Shown here: in pieces, positions 35,729-48,048 of the stretch
How positions within the stretch are numbered: the first letter of the stretch is position 1
How the letters are laid out: the number at the start of each line of letters is the position of its first letter
NCBI GenBank assembly: GCA_043228905.1
Contig: JBHGNT010000012.1
Location: 12,028,001-12,092,000, forward strand
Length of the DNA: 64,000 nucleotides
From: Azolla caroliniana
Lineage: Eukaryota > Plantae > Polypodiophyta
Reading direction: 5' to 3'
Made by a program: the position numbers and the translations under genes
Notes under the pieces: generated by a model
What the model saw: only the letters and a program-made list of their open reading frames with translations
Database searches by the model: none
Told to the model about the DNA's origin: nothing

Positions 35729-38700
35729 ACTGTGTCGTGCCTTTCGGCTCCGGATCGTTGCGTGAGTCGGGTGGGAACCGCCGAGGTTTTTGACTAGGAG
35801 GAAGAGGAATACAACTTAAGGCTAGTTATGAACAGTGGAAAGAGAAGTAAGATAGCAATCTCGTGAATCCCACGAGTTTAGTGTATTTAAAACAATATTT
35901 AGATTATAAGAGTAATTTAGATGGCAAAATTCGTGAATCCCACGAATATATTAGATTGATCAATCCTTGTATATTAATCAACAACCTTATACATATTTCT
36001 CTCCTCCTTATATAAAGATGGAAGAGGCTAAGCATGGCTTCATGCTTTTTCACAAAAAGTGTCCATGCACACTAAATGTGCATGTGATGCTTTGTCATTT
36101 CCTAAGTATAGGGCTCATGCACGCTAGATGTGCATGAGTCACTTTTAATGTCACGTGTAAATAAAATATTCACACCCTAAAGAATACATGATTTTTACCT
36201 TTTAATAAAGGTATGTGTAAATAAAGGTCTTATACGTATTAAATCTATATGTATAACACTAAAGATAAGTTATTTCAATGGTAAAGTTGAAGTTTATCTA
36301 CGTGGAGGTGCAGGGTTTGAATCTTGCCCTATGCACGTGATAAATATTTTGACATATTATTTATTTATTTATATGTATCTAAATTCGGATATATTATTTT
36401 ATGGTTTTCACGTAGTGTGTGGAATACACTACGACAGCGTGGATACAAAGTACCAGACTGTGGACCGGAAGGTGAGGCCAGTCGCGGCACCCTTGCCGGA
36501 GGGCAACGAGGAGCGGATAAAAGGGGTCACGTCGGACCCAAGTTTACGGAATCCGGCTGGCATAGGGCATCGGTTCACCGACATAACGCTACGGGAGCTC
36601 AAGGTAGGTGGGGGTGGCTTTCTACTGCCGGCGGAGGAGGACAGGTTTCGGAGAATGCTTGGAAGGCATGGGAAAGCCTTTGCGTTCTCGCCGGAGGAGA
36701 TTGGGTGCGTAGACCCGAGAGTTGTGGAACCGATGGTGATCTTCACGGTACTGCATGTGCCGTGGAATCTCAAACCGATTCCGGTACCCAGAGCTCACAT
36801 CCTGAAGCTGATGGAGGTGTTGAAACAGAAGGTCGAGATGGGCATCCTCTAACCGTTGCGTGCCGCATACTCGAATTGGTGGTTTACCGTGCCAAAGAAG
36901 AACGGCACGTTACGTTTTATTCAAGACCTGTAGCCGGTCAACAAGGTGACCATTCGGAACGCAGGAATCAGACCGACCATAGACGAGTTCGCGGAGGCCT
37001 TCGCCGGAAGGTCGATTTACTCTGTCAGTGATCTGTACTCGGGGTACGATCAGTTCCAACTAGCCGTGGAGAGCAGAGACATTACGACGATGCAGACTCC
37101 TCTCGGCCTAGTGCGGATGTTTACCCTACCACAAGGAGGGACGAACTTGGTGGCTCACATGGTGAACGTGATGAACAAAGTGCTCAGGGATTGTATCCCG
37201 GACATCACCATGCCATTCTTAGACGACATCCCGATCAGGGGATGCCCGGTGGAGGAAAAGGACGAGACAATCGGACCGGACGGATGTCGGAAGTTCGTGG
37301 CGACTCACATCGATGACTGCGAAAAGGTGTTGCAGAGACTAGAAGGCGCGAGGCTCACCTTCTCCGGGGAAAAATCAGCCTTCGGGCAATCAGAGATCAT
37401 GGTCGTCGGGCACCTATGCGGACCATACGGTCGGAAACCGTCTCCGGCCAAGGTGGAAGCCATCTCCGCGATGAAGCATGACTGCAATTCGGTTACGGAG
37501 GTTCGGAGATTCTTGGGAGCATGTGCGTTCTACCATATCTAGATCCCGCATTACGCCCACGTCGCAGAGCCCGGAGCCTTTGTATGGGTTGCTGAAGAAA
37601 GGGCGTAAATTCGCGTGGGGAGACAAGCATATGGAGTCAGTCTGAAAGATAAAGGAAGCACTTGCCCTCCTAGGCAGACCTGCACAATTTCATCCTCCTC
37701 GACGGAGACGAGAGAATCACAGATGTCCTTGATCTTGGAGGTGTAATTAGCCACCGACATGTTTCGTTGTCGAACATTGCTCAACTCTTGCCTGAATTGG
37801 AGCTTTCTGGTTGTGGTGCTCGCGACGAAAATCTTGTTCAGATTTCCCCAAGCATTCCTCGGCGTCCTCACATCCCGAATGTAGCTCAGAAGCTCATCGC
37901 TCACACATCATGTGAAGCAGTAGAAAACTCTGCTTGCCGCTTGTTTGGAGGCAGGGAAATCTCTGTTTGTCGATTCGGGTGCTGGGTCATTAGCTCCATC
38001 AACATAACTCCAATAGCCATGCCCAAGCAGGTACTGGTGCATCTTGTACCACCAAGATGCGTAGTTGCTTATGTCGAGCTTCTCCATCGGAAATGAGCTA
38101 GCCATTCCTTTGTCCATTCTTTCTTTCTTCTGTTCTTCACTGTTACCGGTTAGGAACACGGTCTATGGTCAGTCCTTCGACCTAGACCTCCAAGTGATTG
38201 TGTAACAACGAATGGTAGCGTCTGTGCGTAATTCTTAGTGAGATACTTCCCGTAACCTAGCAACGTATAAGGGAGACGGCTACAACCGAGCTCCTTAGAT
38301 AGTGGGTTAGCGCAAACACCATTACTTACTCCTACGCTCTTAAAAATTACAGACACATAGTAGATTAACCGCAACTACACACAGATATTAGAGAAGAGAG
38401 AACTCTATTACGATATGTCTTTTCATTCAAAATTACACGCTCCCTCTATTAGAGGTTTTCTGCCCTTTATATACGCAGGGTCTGTTAGCCGTTCACGCTT
38501 CCCGCGTGAACCGTTACATGCGTTACAATATTATACTATTCCGTATTCTTGTGCTCTTGTCCATCGGTTACTATTATGGCGGACAACACCTGGCACGCCT
38601 GTGGGACAATGCCATGGCACGTCGGACCCATCCCTTTAATCTTCTTCCAAAATGGCCCTAATGTTTGGCTCTGCTACGGTGTCCGTGTCCGGGGACGGCG

Positions 38701-41700
38701 TAGGGCCCGTAGGTGCATCGTGGTGTGGTTCCCCTGCTTGGTCGGGAGGGCTTCTCATGGTGTCACGATCGTCCTGTGTGGGCGGTCTGGGTTCTGTGGG
38801 CTCTTCTTGGGCTAGGGGGTTTGGTTCAGCCGTCGGCGGGCTTGCGGTCGGTCGCTTCCTCCGTGATGTTGGCCGTTGTTGTATGCTCTGGGGAGTGGGG
38901 TTGTGGTTCCTCTTGGTCCGCAACGTTCTCTGTGCGGTCGGCCGATAGCATATGCTCCGGTAGATGGGGTTCCTCTTGGGCAGTGGTTTCGCTGTCTGGT
39001 ATTGTGGGGGATTCCGCTCGCCGTTCCGCGTTGTTCACTGTAGTTGTAATTTCTGGTGACCTGGCATGAGGTTCCTCTTGTTCGGCAGTATTCGGAATTG
39101 GTGTCGCGATGGATTCCTCGTTTGTTCGCGTGCTGCTGGCTTGTGTGATTTGGTGAAACAGATCCTCTTGACTTTCACCAAAATCATCTAATAGCTGCGC
39201 GAGTTCTTCAGAATGTTGGTCCAGTAGCGTGCGATAGTCATGCGCTATCCGGCAAGAGGCAGGGGCTTATTTTATACTATCCGGCAAGAGGCAGGGGAGA
39301 GCATTCCCCAATTTGTCATCCGGTTTCAACGGATGCATAGTCAGCTTACCCGTGCACCCCCGGAGGAGGAATTACGGACGATATTCCTAAACGCGCTCTG
39401 GGAACCCCTACGCACGGTTTGCACGGTAATCGATTTCCGTACAAGTGCCATCGACCAGGTCATTGACCGGGTGAAAGAGATGGAAAAGACAAGCTCCTGG
39501 CTCACACTGGGCGCACTTCAACGGGCGTTACCGTCCGATAAAGACCTCCGGTTTCGGCAAGCAATACAGTGCACAACCTGCTTGAATTCCGGACACTAGG
39601 CTCTAGAATGCACTATGAGGACGCAATGTGTAATCTGTCAGTCCAAGAGCCATATGACGGATAGGTGCGAGTATAATCTGTTGACTCGGCAAGCACCGCC
39701 CGTCCGACAAATTGAGCCACGCAGCAGCCGGGACGAAGAAGACGAACGTTGGCGGCGAATGGACCGTGACCGACCGGCACAGGATGTCCGGTATGGCGAG
39801 CGACGGGAAAATGAGGTCCGGTATGGCAAGCGATGGGAAAATGATGTCCGGTACGGTGATCGGCGAGATAACTATGACCGGCATGATCGGCACCAGGATT
39901 ACAATAGACGATACGAACAATACGACCGGGAGCACTCCCCCGGGTATCGTCAGCAACGGGAGGAATACGGCCGATATAACGGGCAACCCCGTCAAGAGTA
40001 CCGTAATAAGAAGAGCTTTAACAAAAAACGGCATTTTAAAAAAGGCGGCTACCCCCGGGACCCGGAACAAGGCGCTCCAAGTAGCCAACCGGTACAAAAC
40101 CCTGCGCGTACCGTAGGACCTGCCCCGGGTACAACAGACAATGCTGAATCTAGCAATGCCCGGAAAGCCTACTGCTACTATTGCAGACAGGAAGGCCATT
40201 ATAGTAACCAATGCCCGATGAAGAGCTATGAAAAACGACCGACGGTAAATATGGTAGTCCCTGAGGTGGCAGACCTGTAGCAGGTGACCACAAGATCGAA
40301 GGGCATGGCCAAAGAATGGGAGACATAGGAGACCATCCGCAAACAAGCAACGGAATGGGTAAAGAAAGCAAACGAGTAGAATGTCACAGACTTACAGCAG
40401 CAAAATGAGAACACCGCAGGGCTTGCCGGCGGTAGTCACTCCGAGAACGAGACATGGCAGGCGTTGCAAGAATGCCAGATTACGTTACCACTAGGAAGAC
40501 TCCTACAACTCGTGCCTAGATTCACGGAAGGACTGAAGACGGCCATGACGGCAGGAGAACCATCACCGGCACCGGTACTCTTCTCGAATCCGGAGGAGGG
40601 ACCAACAGTGGTAGACACCAGCAGTCCGGTAATCACTGCCATTGTAAAAGGGAAAGAACTCCCCGGCACAGTTATAGACGGAGGCTCTGGGGTAAATGTA
40701 ATAAGCCTCTAGACGTGTGAGGACCTAGGAATCCACGAGTGGGAGCCGTGTCCGTTCTGGTTGCGGATGGCCGATACAAGCTCACAGCGGCCGACAGGAT
40801 TAATACGGAAATTAGAAGTCACCGTCGGCGGGCATACATTTCACATCTCGGCCGTAGTGCTACAATTACAGGCACAAGGTGCATACCCACCCACTATTGC
40901 TGGGGCGGCCATGGTTGAAAACGGCACATATCAAACAGAATTGGTGGAAAAAATATAATTACCTTCCGGCGAGGAAAAGCCAAGGTACGGGTACCAACAC
41001 AGCCAAGGACGAGCACTGGCAAGGAATGTACACCATTGTATGCGGAATGCATCAACATGCTTGAAGGGTTAGCGGACGAAGAAGAAGCTCAATACCTGCA
41101 GGAAAACCCGAAGATCATACCCCTCTTCGAAATTGACATTGCCGAAGCCGTAGCACCGTACTTACCGCAACCGGAAGAGGCGGAAGCAGAACCGGATAAA
41201 GACGCAATCTGGGAGTTACGGCAAGCGCAGGAAGCGTTGGAACGGGAAATGGCCGTTTCACAGCGCGTGAAAGCATCGCAATTGGAAGAGGTGAATTTAG
41301 GCACCACGGACGAAGCAAAACCGGTGCACATCGCCAAGGAGATGAAGTCTGGAGACAAAACGGTGATGATAACACTTCTCACGGAATTTCGCGACGTATT
41401 CGCCTGGTCATACGAAGACATGCGAGGACTCGACCCTCAGTTATACCAGCATCAAGTGCACTTGAGCAAAGACGCAAAACCAGTGGCACAAAGACGGTAC
41501 CGAATGAATCCCAATTATGCTGCCAAGGTCAAGGAAGAAATCGACAAACTGCTAAGAGTTGGCTTTATCCGTCCGGTAAAGAAAGCAACATGGCTGAGCC
41601 CGATCGTAGTCGTACCGAAGAAGAACGGAAAAATTCGAGTTTGCGTGGACTACCGGAAACTCAATGCGGCTACGGTAATGGATGCATTTCCACTTCCGTT

Positions 41701-44560
41701 CACAGATGGAGTGTTGGATGCCGTCGCCGGCCATGAGGTCTATAGCTTCCTAGACGGATTCAACGGATATAATCAGATCCGGATGCACCCCGACGACCAA
41801 GAGAAAATGACATTCGTCACCGAATGGGGGGTGTTTGTGGGCGTGGTGATGATGTTCGGACTCAAAACAGCACCGGCAACGTTTCAAAGAATCATCATGG
41901 AAATCTTTGGTGAATATATACTGGCTTTTATGCAGGTTTTCCTTGACGATTTCGCCGTCTATAGCCGGGAGGAGGACCATTTTCAGCATCTCCGTCTTCG
42001 TCTAGAAAAGTGTAGAGCGTACCGGCTAAGCTTGAATCCGGCAAAGTGTGTATTTGGTGTGTCCAGTGGAACTTTATTAGGACATATCGTAAGCAAGGAA
42101 GGTATAGCAGTCGACCCGGACAAAGTGAAAGCCATATTAGAAGCACCGGCGCCGGCAACGACAAAGGCATTGAGCTGGTTCTTAGGCCAGATCCGGTGGC
42201 ACAGCCGGATGCTCCGATACTTGGCCGACCTGGCTACACCGTTGCATGCCGCCGTACATCGGACACCATTCCAGTGGACCGATATTGAGGATAGGGCGTA
42301 TAAGGCCCTCAAGGTACTATTATCGCAGGCACCGGTAGTACAACCTCCGGATTGGAGTAAAGAATTTCACGTGTTCGTGGACGCCTCCGACATCGCAATC
42401 GGAAGCGTACTGATGCAGCTTACGGAACCAAAGTGGTACCGGCCAGTGTACTATGCCAGCCGGAAGCTATCCCAAGCAAAACGGAACTACTCTACTATGG
42501 AACGGGAAGCTCTAGGAATGATCTACAGTGTGACAAAGTTTCGGCACTATTTATTGGGAAGGAAGTTTTCCTTCCATGTAGATCATTCAACACTCCTTTA
42601 CCTGGTGTCCAAGGCGTCACTCACCGGCAAATTGGCCCGGTGAACCTTACTGTTACAGGAGTTCGAGTTTGAAATATTCCACCGACCCGGTATACAGCAT
42701 GCCGTAGCAGATTACTTAAGCCGATTGGAGTTCGGAGAGACAGGTGACGGAGTACCGGATGAGTTTCCGGATGCAGAGCTGTTTCGAGTCACTACGGAGA
42801 CGGCAACAGATGAGATAGTAGCCCAGGAAGACAAGTGGCTCACAAATATGCACCAGTTTTTGAGCACAGGACTGCCTCCGGAAGAGCTGAACCGGGACGA
42901 ACGGAAACGCCTGGCGGTACAAAGCCGACATTTCTGCTTACTGCAAGACACACTGTACCACAAGGGAGCTGACGGCATATCGAGACGGGCGGTGCGCAAC
43001 GATGAAAAGGAACTGATACTGAGGGAAGCCCACTGCGGAGTTGCCGGAGGTCACTATGCCGGAGATGCGACAGCCAGAAAAATATGGCAAAGTGGCCTAT
43101 GGTGGTCAACGACATTAAGAGATGCGGTACGGTACGCAAAAGAATGTGACCTATGCCAGAGAATGGGCCAGACAACGGAGCAGGCTCGTATGCCACACCA
43201 GCCGGTACTACCACTCGAGCCATTCCAAAAGTGGGGGCTGGACTTTGTAGGACCTTTCAAGCCACCGGCAATGAGAACGGGTAATCGGTACGTTATCGTT
43301 GCTACGGATTACTGCACGAAATGGGTGGAGGACAAAGCTTTACGGGATAACACCGCTGCGTCAACGGCAAAGTTTCTATATGAGTACATCTGGTGCCGTT
43401 ACGGATGCCCCATTGAATTGATAAGTGACGAAGGGGGGCACTTTCTCGGACAAGTGGTGGAAAGCCTAACGACCTTCTATGCCGTGGTCCACAAACGAAG
43501 CACACCTTACTATCCACAGGCGAACGGATTAGCGGAATCAACAAACAAGACGCTCCAGAACATCCTTCGGAAGATCGTCAACGAGAACTGGACGGATTGG
43601 GACACAAAGCTACATAGCGCGCTTTGGGCATACCGGACGACATACAAAACGAGCATCCGAACAACACCGTTCCGGTTGGCGTTCGGACTCGAGGCGGTCA
43701 TGCCGGTAGAATTTCAAGTACCTAGCTTACGGATTCAGCTACGAGAACGGCTGAACGAGAAGGAGTCAGAGACAATAAGGTTGACAGCGCTGTGTGAGCT
43801 GGAGGAACAACGGTTGGCCAGCATCCTACATTTAGAATTAGAGCAACGGCGACGGAAAGCATTCGTCGACCGGCACAGGAAAGGTAACGAAAAAAGGTTC
43901 GCAATTGGCAAACCAGTGCTAGTATTCCAAACCCGGATGGGCAAGATGCCGGGTAAACTAAGGTTTAGATGGACCGGACCATATTGGCTAACACGGGAGT
44001 ATAATGGGTCCTACCAGTTGGGGACACTTGCCGGCGAAGTGCTGGGCAAATGGGTGAATGGATTCCGGTTAAAGGCATATAGAGGACCGATGCCTAAGAA
44101 CCCGTTTGAGCAAAGGACCGACGACAACCACGAAGACGGCAGAGACAGCAAGCCGGTAACCGGAGAGAATGTGGCTGGTAAGGGTCCGGGAGGACCAACG
44201 GACATGTGACGTCACACTAATAATAATAATAACTGAAAAAAAAAAAAAAAAACAATCATGCAAAAGCGAGGAATGAATGGATGAAAGAGCATGGAGCGAA
44301 AAGGTACGTAGTGGGCATTTAAAGCGCCACCACAGGACATGCACAAACTCGGAAAAGGCGCCAGAATGCACAGACAAAAACCATTGCGCGTAGAGACCCT
44401 CTATTTTCGCGAACCCAGGAGCACAGAAGCACCGAAACGCTGCAAGATTATTAGAAGAGAACCTGCGCACAGAAAACCCCCGCCTTCTGAACTCTCTCTT
44501 TCTCAACCCCGCTCTCATCACCATCCATCCTCGCCACCGCAGTCCGACCCCGACACAGAA

Positions 44561-47344
44561 ATGGACCCGCAAACGCTGTCGGAAGCCGCCAAGACATGGC
44601 TGAAGCAACACGGGCTCGAGGGCTTCCTAATGATGATGGAAGTACCGCCACACAAAGAAGCCGACAAATTGATCAAGGAAATCGATACAGAGGTCATAAC
44701 GGTAGAGGCGATTCGAGCGTTAACAGGCCTTCCGGAGGGAGGCATACTCACGATCGACTATCCAACCCCGGTGCAACTCATCAGGTATTTTGGTGAGTAC
44801 TCTCTAGCCAGCAAGGGCTACCGGACACAGGGCGGCGGAGATATGTTGTTCCGCGAAATTGCTCGTGTGCTCCATGAATACGGCCACGTATACCCTAGAC
44901 CCCCTGTCATGCCGCAGAACCGGGCAGGGATGATCATCGCCACCTATGAAGGGATCAAGGTGGATTGGCCGGTATTGATTGCAGACGGGTTGTGTGCGGC
45001 GATTGAGATCGTCAGAGGCAAAGACGGCAAAGAAGGCCGAGACGGACGAAGGATATGGCACACCGTAACGTAGTGGCTCACCTTGCTGGTGCCACCCGTT
45101 CAGACCGTCCAGCCCAAGAAGCGAGGAAGAGTGTCGGACGGCACCCCAAGGACGGCTTCCAAACGGCAGCAGCTGTTGGCCTCTAAGGCCAGTAAGGGAA
45201 AGGTGGTGGATGCAGACCAGGTGGCAGCAGGAAGTGGCAGCCGGAAGCGCCCAACGGAGGCGCAGGAGGAACCACCGACACGACCCGTAAAGGTCACACT
45301 CCGTCGATCGATGAATCGAGAAGTGGACCCCTTGGCGGCAAAAATCAATGCCGGAGCTCAGGAGGAGGAAATAGAGGAGGAGCCTACGGAGCACCTCCAG
45401 CGACGGTCGTCGGCAAGGACCGTTGAGACAGCCGAGAAACGTTCGGACCCTCAGACGGAGGGAACACCGGCTCCCCATACTGAGACTCCTACGCCAAGGA
45501 AGGAACCGGAACCGGTGCAGAAGGAACCGGAAACAGAAGCCCCGGCACCACCGGCAACACCGGCAACACCGGCAAGTCCCATTCCGCCAGAGCCGGAAAG
45601 GTCACTGCAGCCTCCCTCGGTCAGCCAAGAAGAAGCGCAAGGGGACCAAGGACAACAGGATGGTCCATGGGCAGAAACGGAATTGCAACTCGGCGCAACC
45701 AGGCGGGACCACCCCTCTACAAGTGCGCCCATCTATCAAACCTCCGTGCAAGCACAACAAGGCACCGGTAGCCTGTGGCTCCGGTGGATAGGCGAACAGA
45801 TAGCCGGAGCAGTGGGGTATATAGAGGCGGAAGAAAGAGCGCAAAGCGAACGGTTGCTCGTCACAACTGAACAACTAGAGACGGCCCGGTCCAAAATCCG
45901 GTGCCTTGAAAAAGATTTGGATCTGGTCACGACAGAGATGGCTAAAATACGGATCCAATCACCGGTGACTCTGGTAAGTGTACAGAATAATGAAACGGAA
46001 TGACCTGTACATAGGAATAAGACCCCGGCAACGGAAACCGTTCCGGCGAGAGATGCGGCGCAAGCTCGGGAGCTTGCGGAATTGAGAGAGGAACTTGCCG
46101 CACAAGAAGCGCTAAGGAGCCGTGAACGAGAATTGAAGACGGCGGCCGAAGCCGAATTAAAGAAGACTGTTGAGAACCTCCGCCGGGTAGAGGAGAGCCT
46201 CCGGAAAGGCCATCAAGCGTACGACCGGCTAAAGGAGGAGAAAGACAAAGTGCTGCAGGAAAAGGACAAGCTGCGGAAAACGGCGGAAATAGAGATAGAA
46301 CGGCTAAAGGAAGAGCTCCGCCAGCAGAAGGACTGCGAGGACCGGGCCCGTCGTCAGATCAACGCACGGCTCAAGCAAAAGACAGATGATTTTGAGCACC
46401 TGCATCGGGACTATAAACGGCTGGAAATAGAGCATAAAGAATGGATGGCCGAGCTCCATCAGGCAGTTGATCGGGCCGCAACGGCAATCGCCGACGAACG
46501 GGCGGAAAATACAAGACGCTTGGAAGAGGCGGAGAAGGTCTGGATGGAGCTGCAGAAGCAGCAGCAGGAAGACAAAGAGAGAGCGTCTACAGTATTGCAG
46601 AAATTACAAAGTACATATCAAAGGCAACTAACGCATTACAAGGTGCAGGCGGAGGACAACGTAAAAATCATCAAACAACTGAAGGAGGAACGGCAAGCGG
46701 CAGAAACCAAATCGCAATTGGGATCGAGCCGGATTCAGTCCATCCTCCGGGCATGGCTGAATCAGACGAAGCACTTGATTGATGAAAGCTCCGTAAAATG
46801 GTGGACAAAGTGGGCACAAAACGCGGCGGAACTCCAGTTGCTACGGGCGGATGTGGCAAACCAGCGAAAGGAAGGAGATGACTGTTATACGCTGACTTCT
46901 GAGGACTTCACCGCCATACGGGACGAGCTGGCCGACGACTTCCAAGTCCTGGCAGATGAATAGCTGGCGCAGGTGTGACAGCTCGTAGCTCAGCTGGACG
47001 ATGATAGGCTGGACGCTCAAATCCAGTTTGAAAGCAACGAGCGGTCCCGGGTACGGGAAGAAAAAGCACAGGAAGCGACAACGGTTAACCTTAGTGATGA
47101 GGAACCGTCGTCGGCTGAGGGCCAGCCGGGAACCAGTCAACCGGAGACCACCACGACGCAGGGAGCAACGACGGAGATGCCGGTGTCAGAGCCACAAACG
47201 GAGGAGCAGCTGCAACAACCACCAACGGACCCGCCGCAGTAGACAGCAACAGAGCAGCAACAGCAGCAACAACAACAACCACTTCCAGATGTACCATTGG
47301 AGCCTCTCGAACAGAGCATTCTGGACATTTTGGACGAAGAATAG
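44561..47344 (+). pseudogene. Extra ORF of element D, about 927 codons with five in-frame stops: globular N-domain, disordered linker, long coiled coil, acidic tail
   Basis: ORFs 44339..45073, 45083..46003, 46082..46963 and the tail to TAG 47342-47344 share one frame; stops at 45071, 46001, 46961, 46976 and 47240 are all TAG or TGA. Confidence 0.85.
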
Positions 47345-47379
47345 CAAGGGTCGGTTGTAGATTCGACGTACAAGGTACT

Positions 47380-47396
47380 GTCCCACGGGCGTGCCA
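47380..47396 (+). promoter_or_regulatory. tRNA-Arg 3'-end-like sequence GTCCCACGGGCGTGCCA occupying the PPT position of element D
   Basis: Ends 2 nt before the 3' LTR; no purine tract present; counterpart in element E at 38591-38607 (minus strand). Confidence 0.75.
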
Positions 47397-48048
47397 TGTG
47401 TTACCGGCCGGCAAAGGAGTCCAGAGTGGGAAACGGAGAGCTAATTAAGTAGAAGGAATGTGGTTGTAATTAAGCTATGAGTGTGGACGGATGGACCGGT
47501 ATCGGTATGCCGTTTCGGATCCAGACCGATCCCGAACAGGTGCGGATGGCACCGTTTTGTAATACAGACCGGAAACCTATTTAAAGGCCCGGATACAATG
47601 TAATAGTTAGCGGTTAATTAATGAAAGCTTAAGCGTTGTTATATCTCTGTCAATTGCCGTTCTGTCTTAATTGTATATCTTACGCGTGTTATGAAGACGA
47701 TCCTAATAAGTAACTTAACTAAGTCGGATTAAGCGTTGAAGTCTAATCCGGTTGCCGTAACACCCTTTGGTGAAGTGTCTCACGTAAACACCCTGTGTTA
47801 GGCGATTGTCCGGCCCGAAGAGTTAACACAAAGGTATAGATAATGATACCTGCCTTCTGCTTGGGCATCCCATCTACGTTTACATGTATGCATCCGACCT
47901 GTAATAGGAACTTGGCAACTTCGCGGAATAAGGGATCCGAGATCTCCTTCGTTCTATATGCCTTGGCGGAGGACGAATATGGACCGAAATATCTCTGTAG
48001 CGACTCCACAGGAGGTATTTCGAAATGCCTTTCACCTAGTGATGACAG

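Larger units (their letters stand above)
29353..36436 (-). mobile_element. Full-length young Ylt1-like Ty3/Gypsy element B (7.08 kb), 704-bp LTRs, 4-bp TSD GCGT
   Basis: LTRs 29353-30056 and 35733-36436 with about 5 mismatches by eye; TSD at 29349-29352 and 36437-36440, removal restores element A pol (ARVDTKY); PPT CGGAGGGGGCGAG at 30057-30069 (minus strand). Confidence 0.96.
25813..37662 (+). mobile_element. Ylt1-like Ty3/Gypsy element A (25813-29352 plus 36437-37662): 5' LTR 25813-26506, gag-protease, RT; 3' end lost
   Basis: LTR TGTC...GACA with TATAAAA at 26041; PBS TGGTGAATCCGATGTGAA at 26511-26528; zinc knuckle CLWCDAVSHVRKDC; protease LVDHGSEIN; RT PWNLKPIPVPRAH, DLYSGYDQF, FLDD. Confidence 0.9.
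39263..47828 (+). mobile_element. Non-chromovirus Ty3/Gypsy element D, 5'-deleted: gag, protease, RT, RNase H, integrase, extra ORF, 3' LTR 47399-47828
   Basis: [55 protein letters not shown]; LTR TGTTA...TAACA related to 55650-56111. Confidence 0.93.

Noticed and set aside
46082-46963. Captured host myosin/SMC-like gene
   Set aside because: In frame with the element's extra ORF and inside the element boundaries; only generic coiled-coil composition, with no motor or ATPase motifs.
47397-47830. Alternative longer boundaries for element D's LTR (TGTGTTA...TAACACA)
   Set aside because: The sister LTR at 55650 begins TGTTACC preceded by AT, which fixes the start at 47399.
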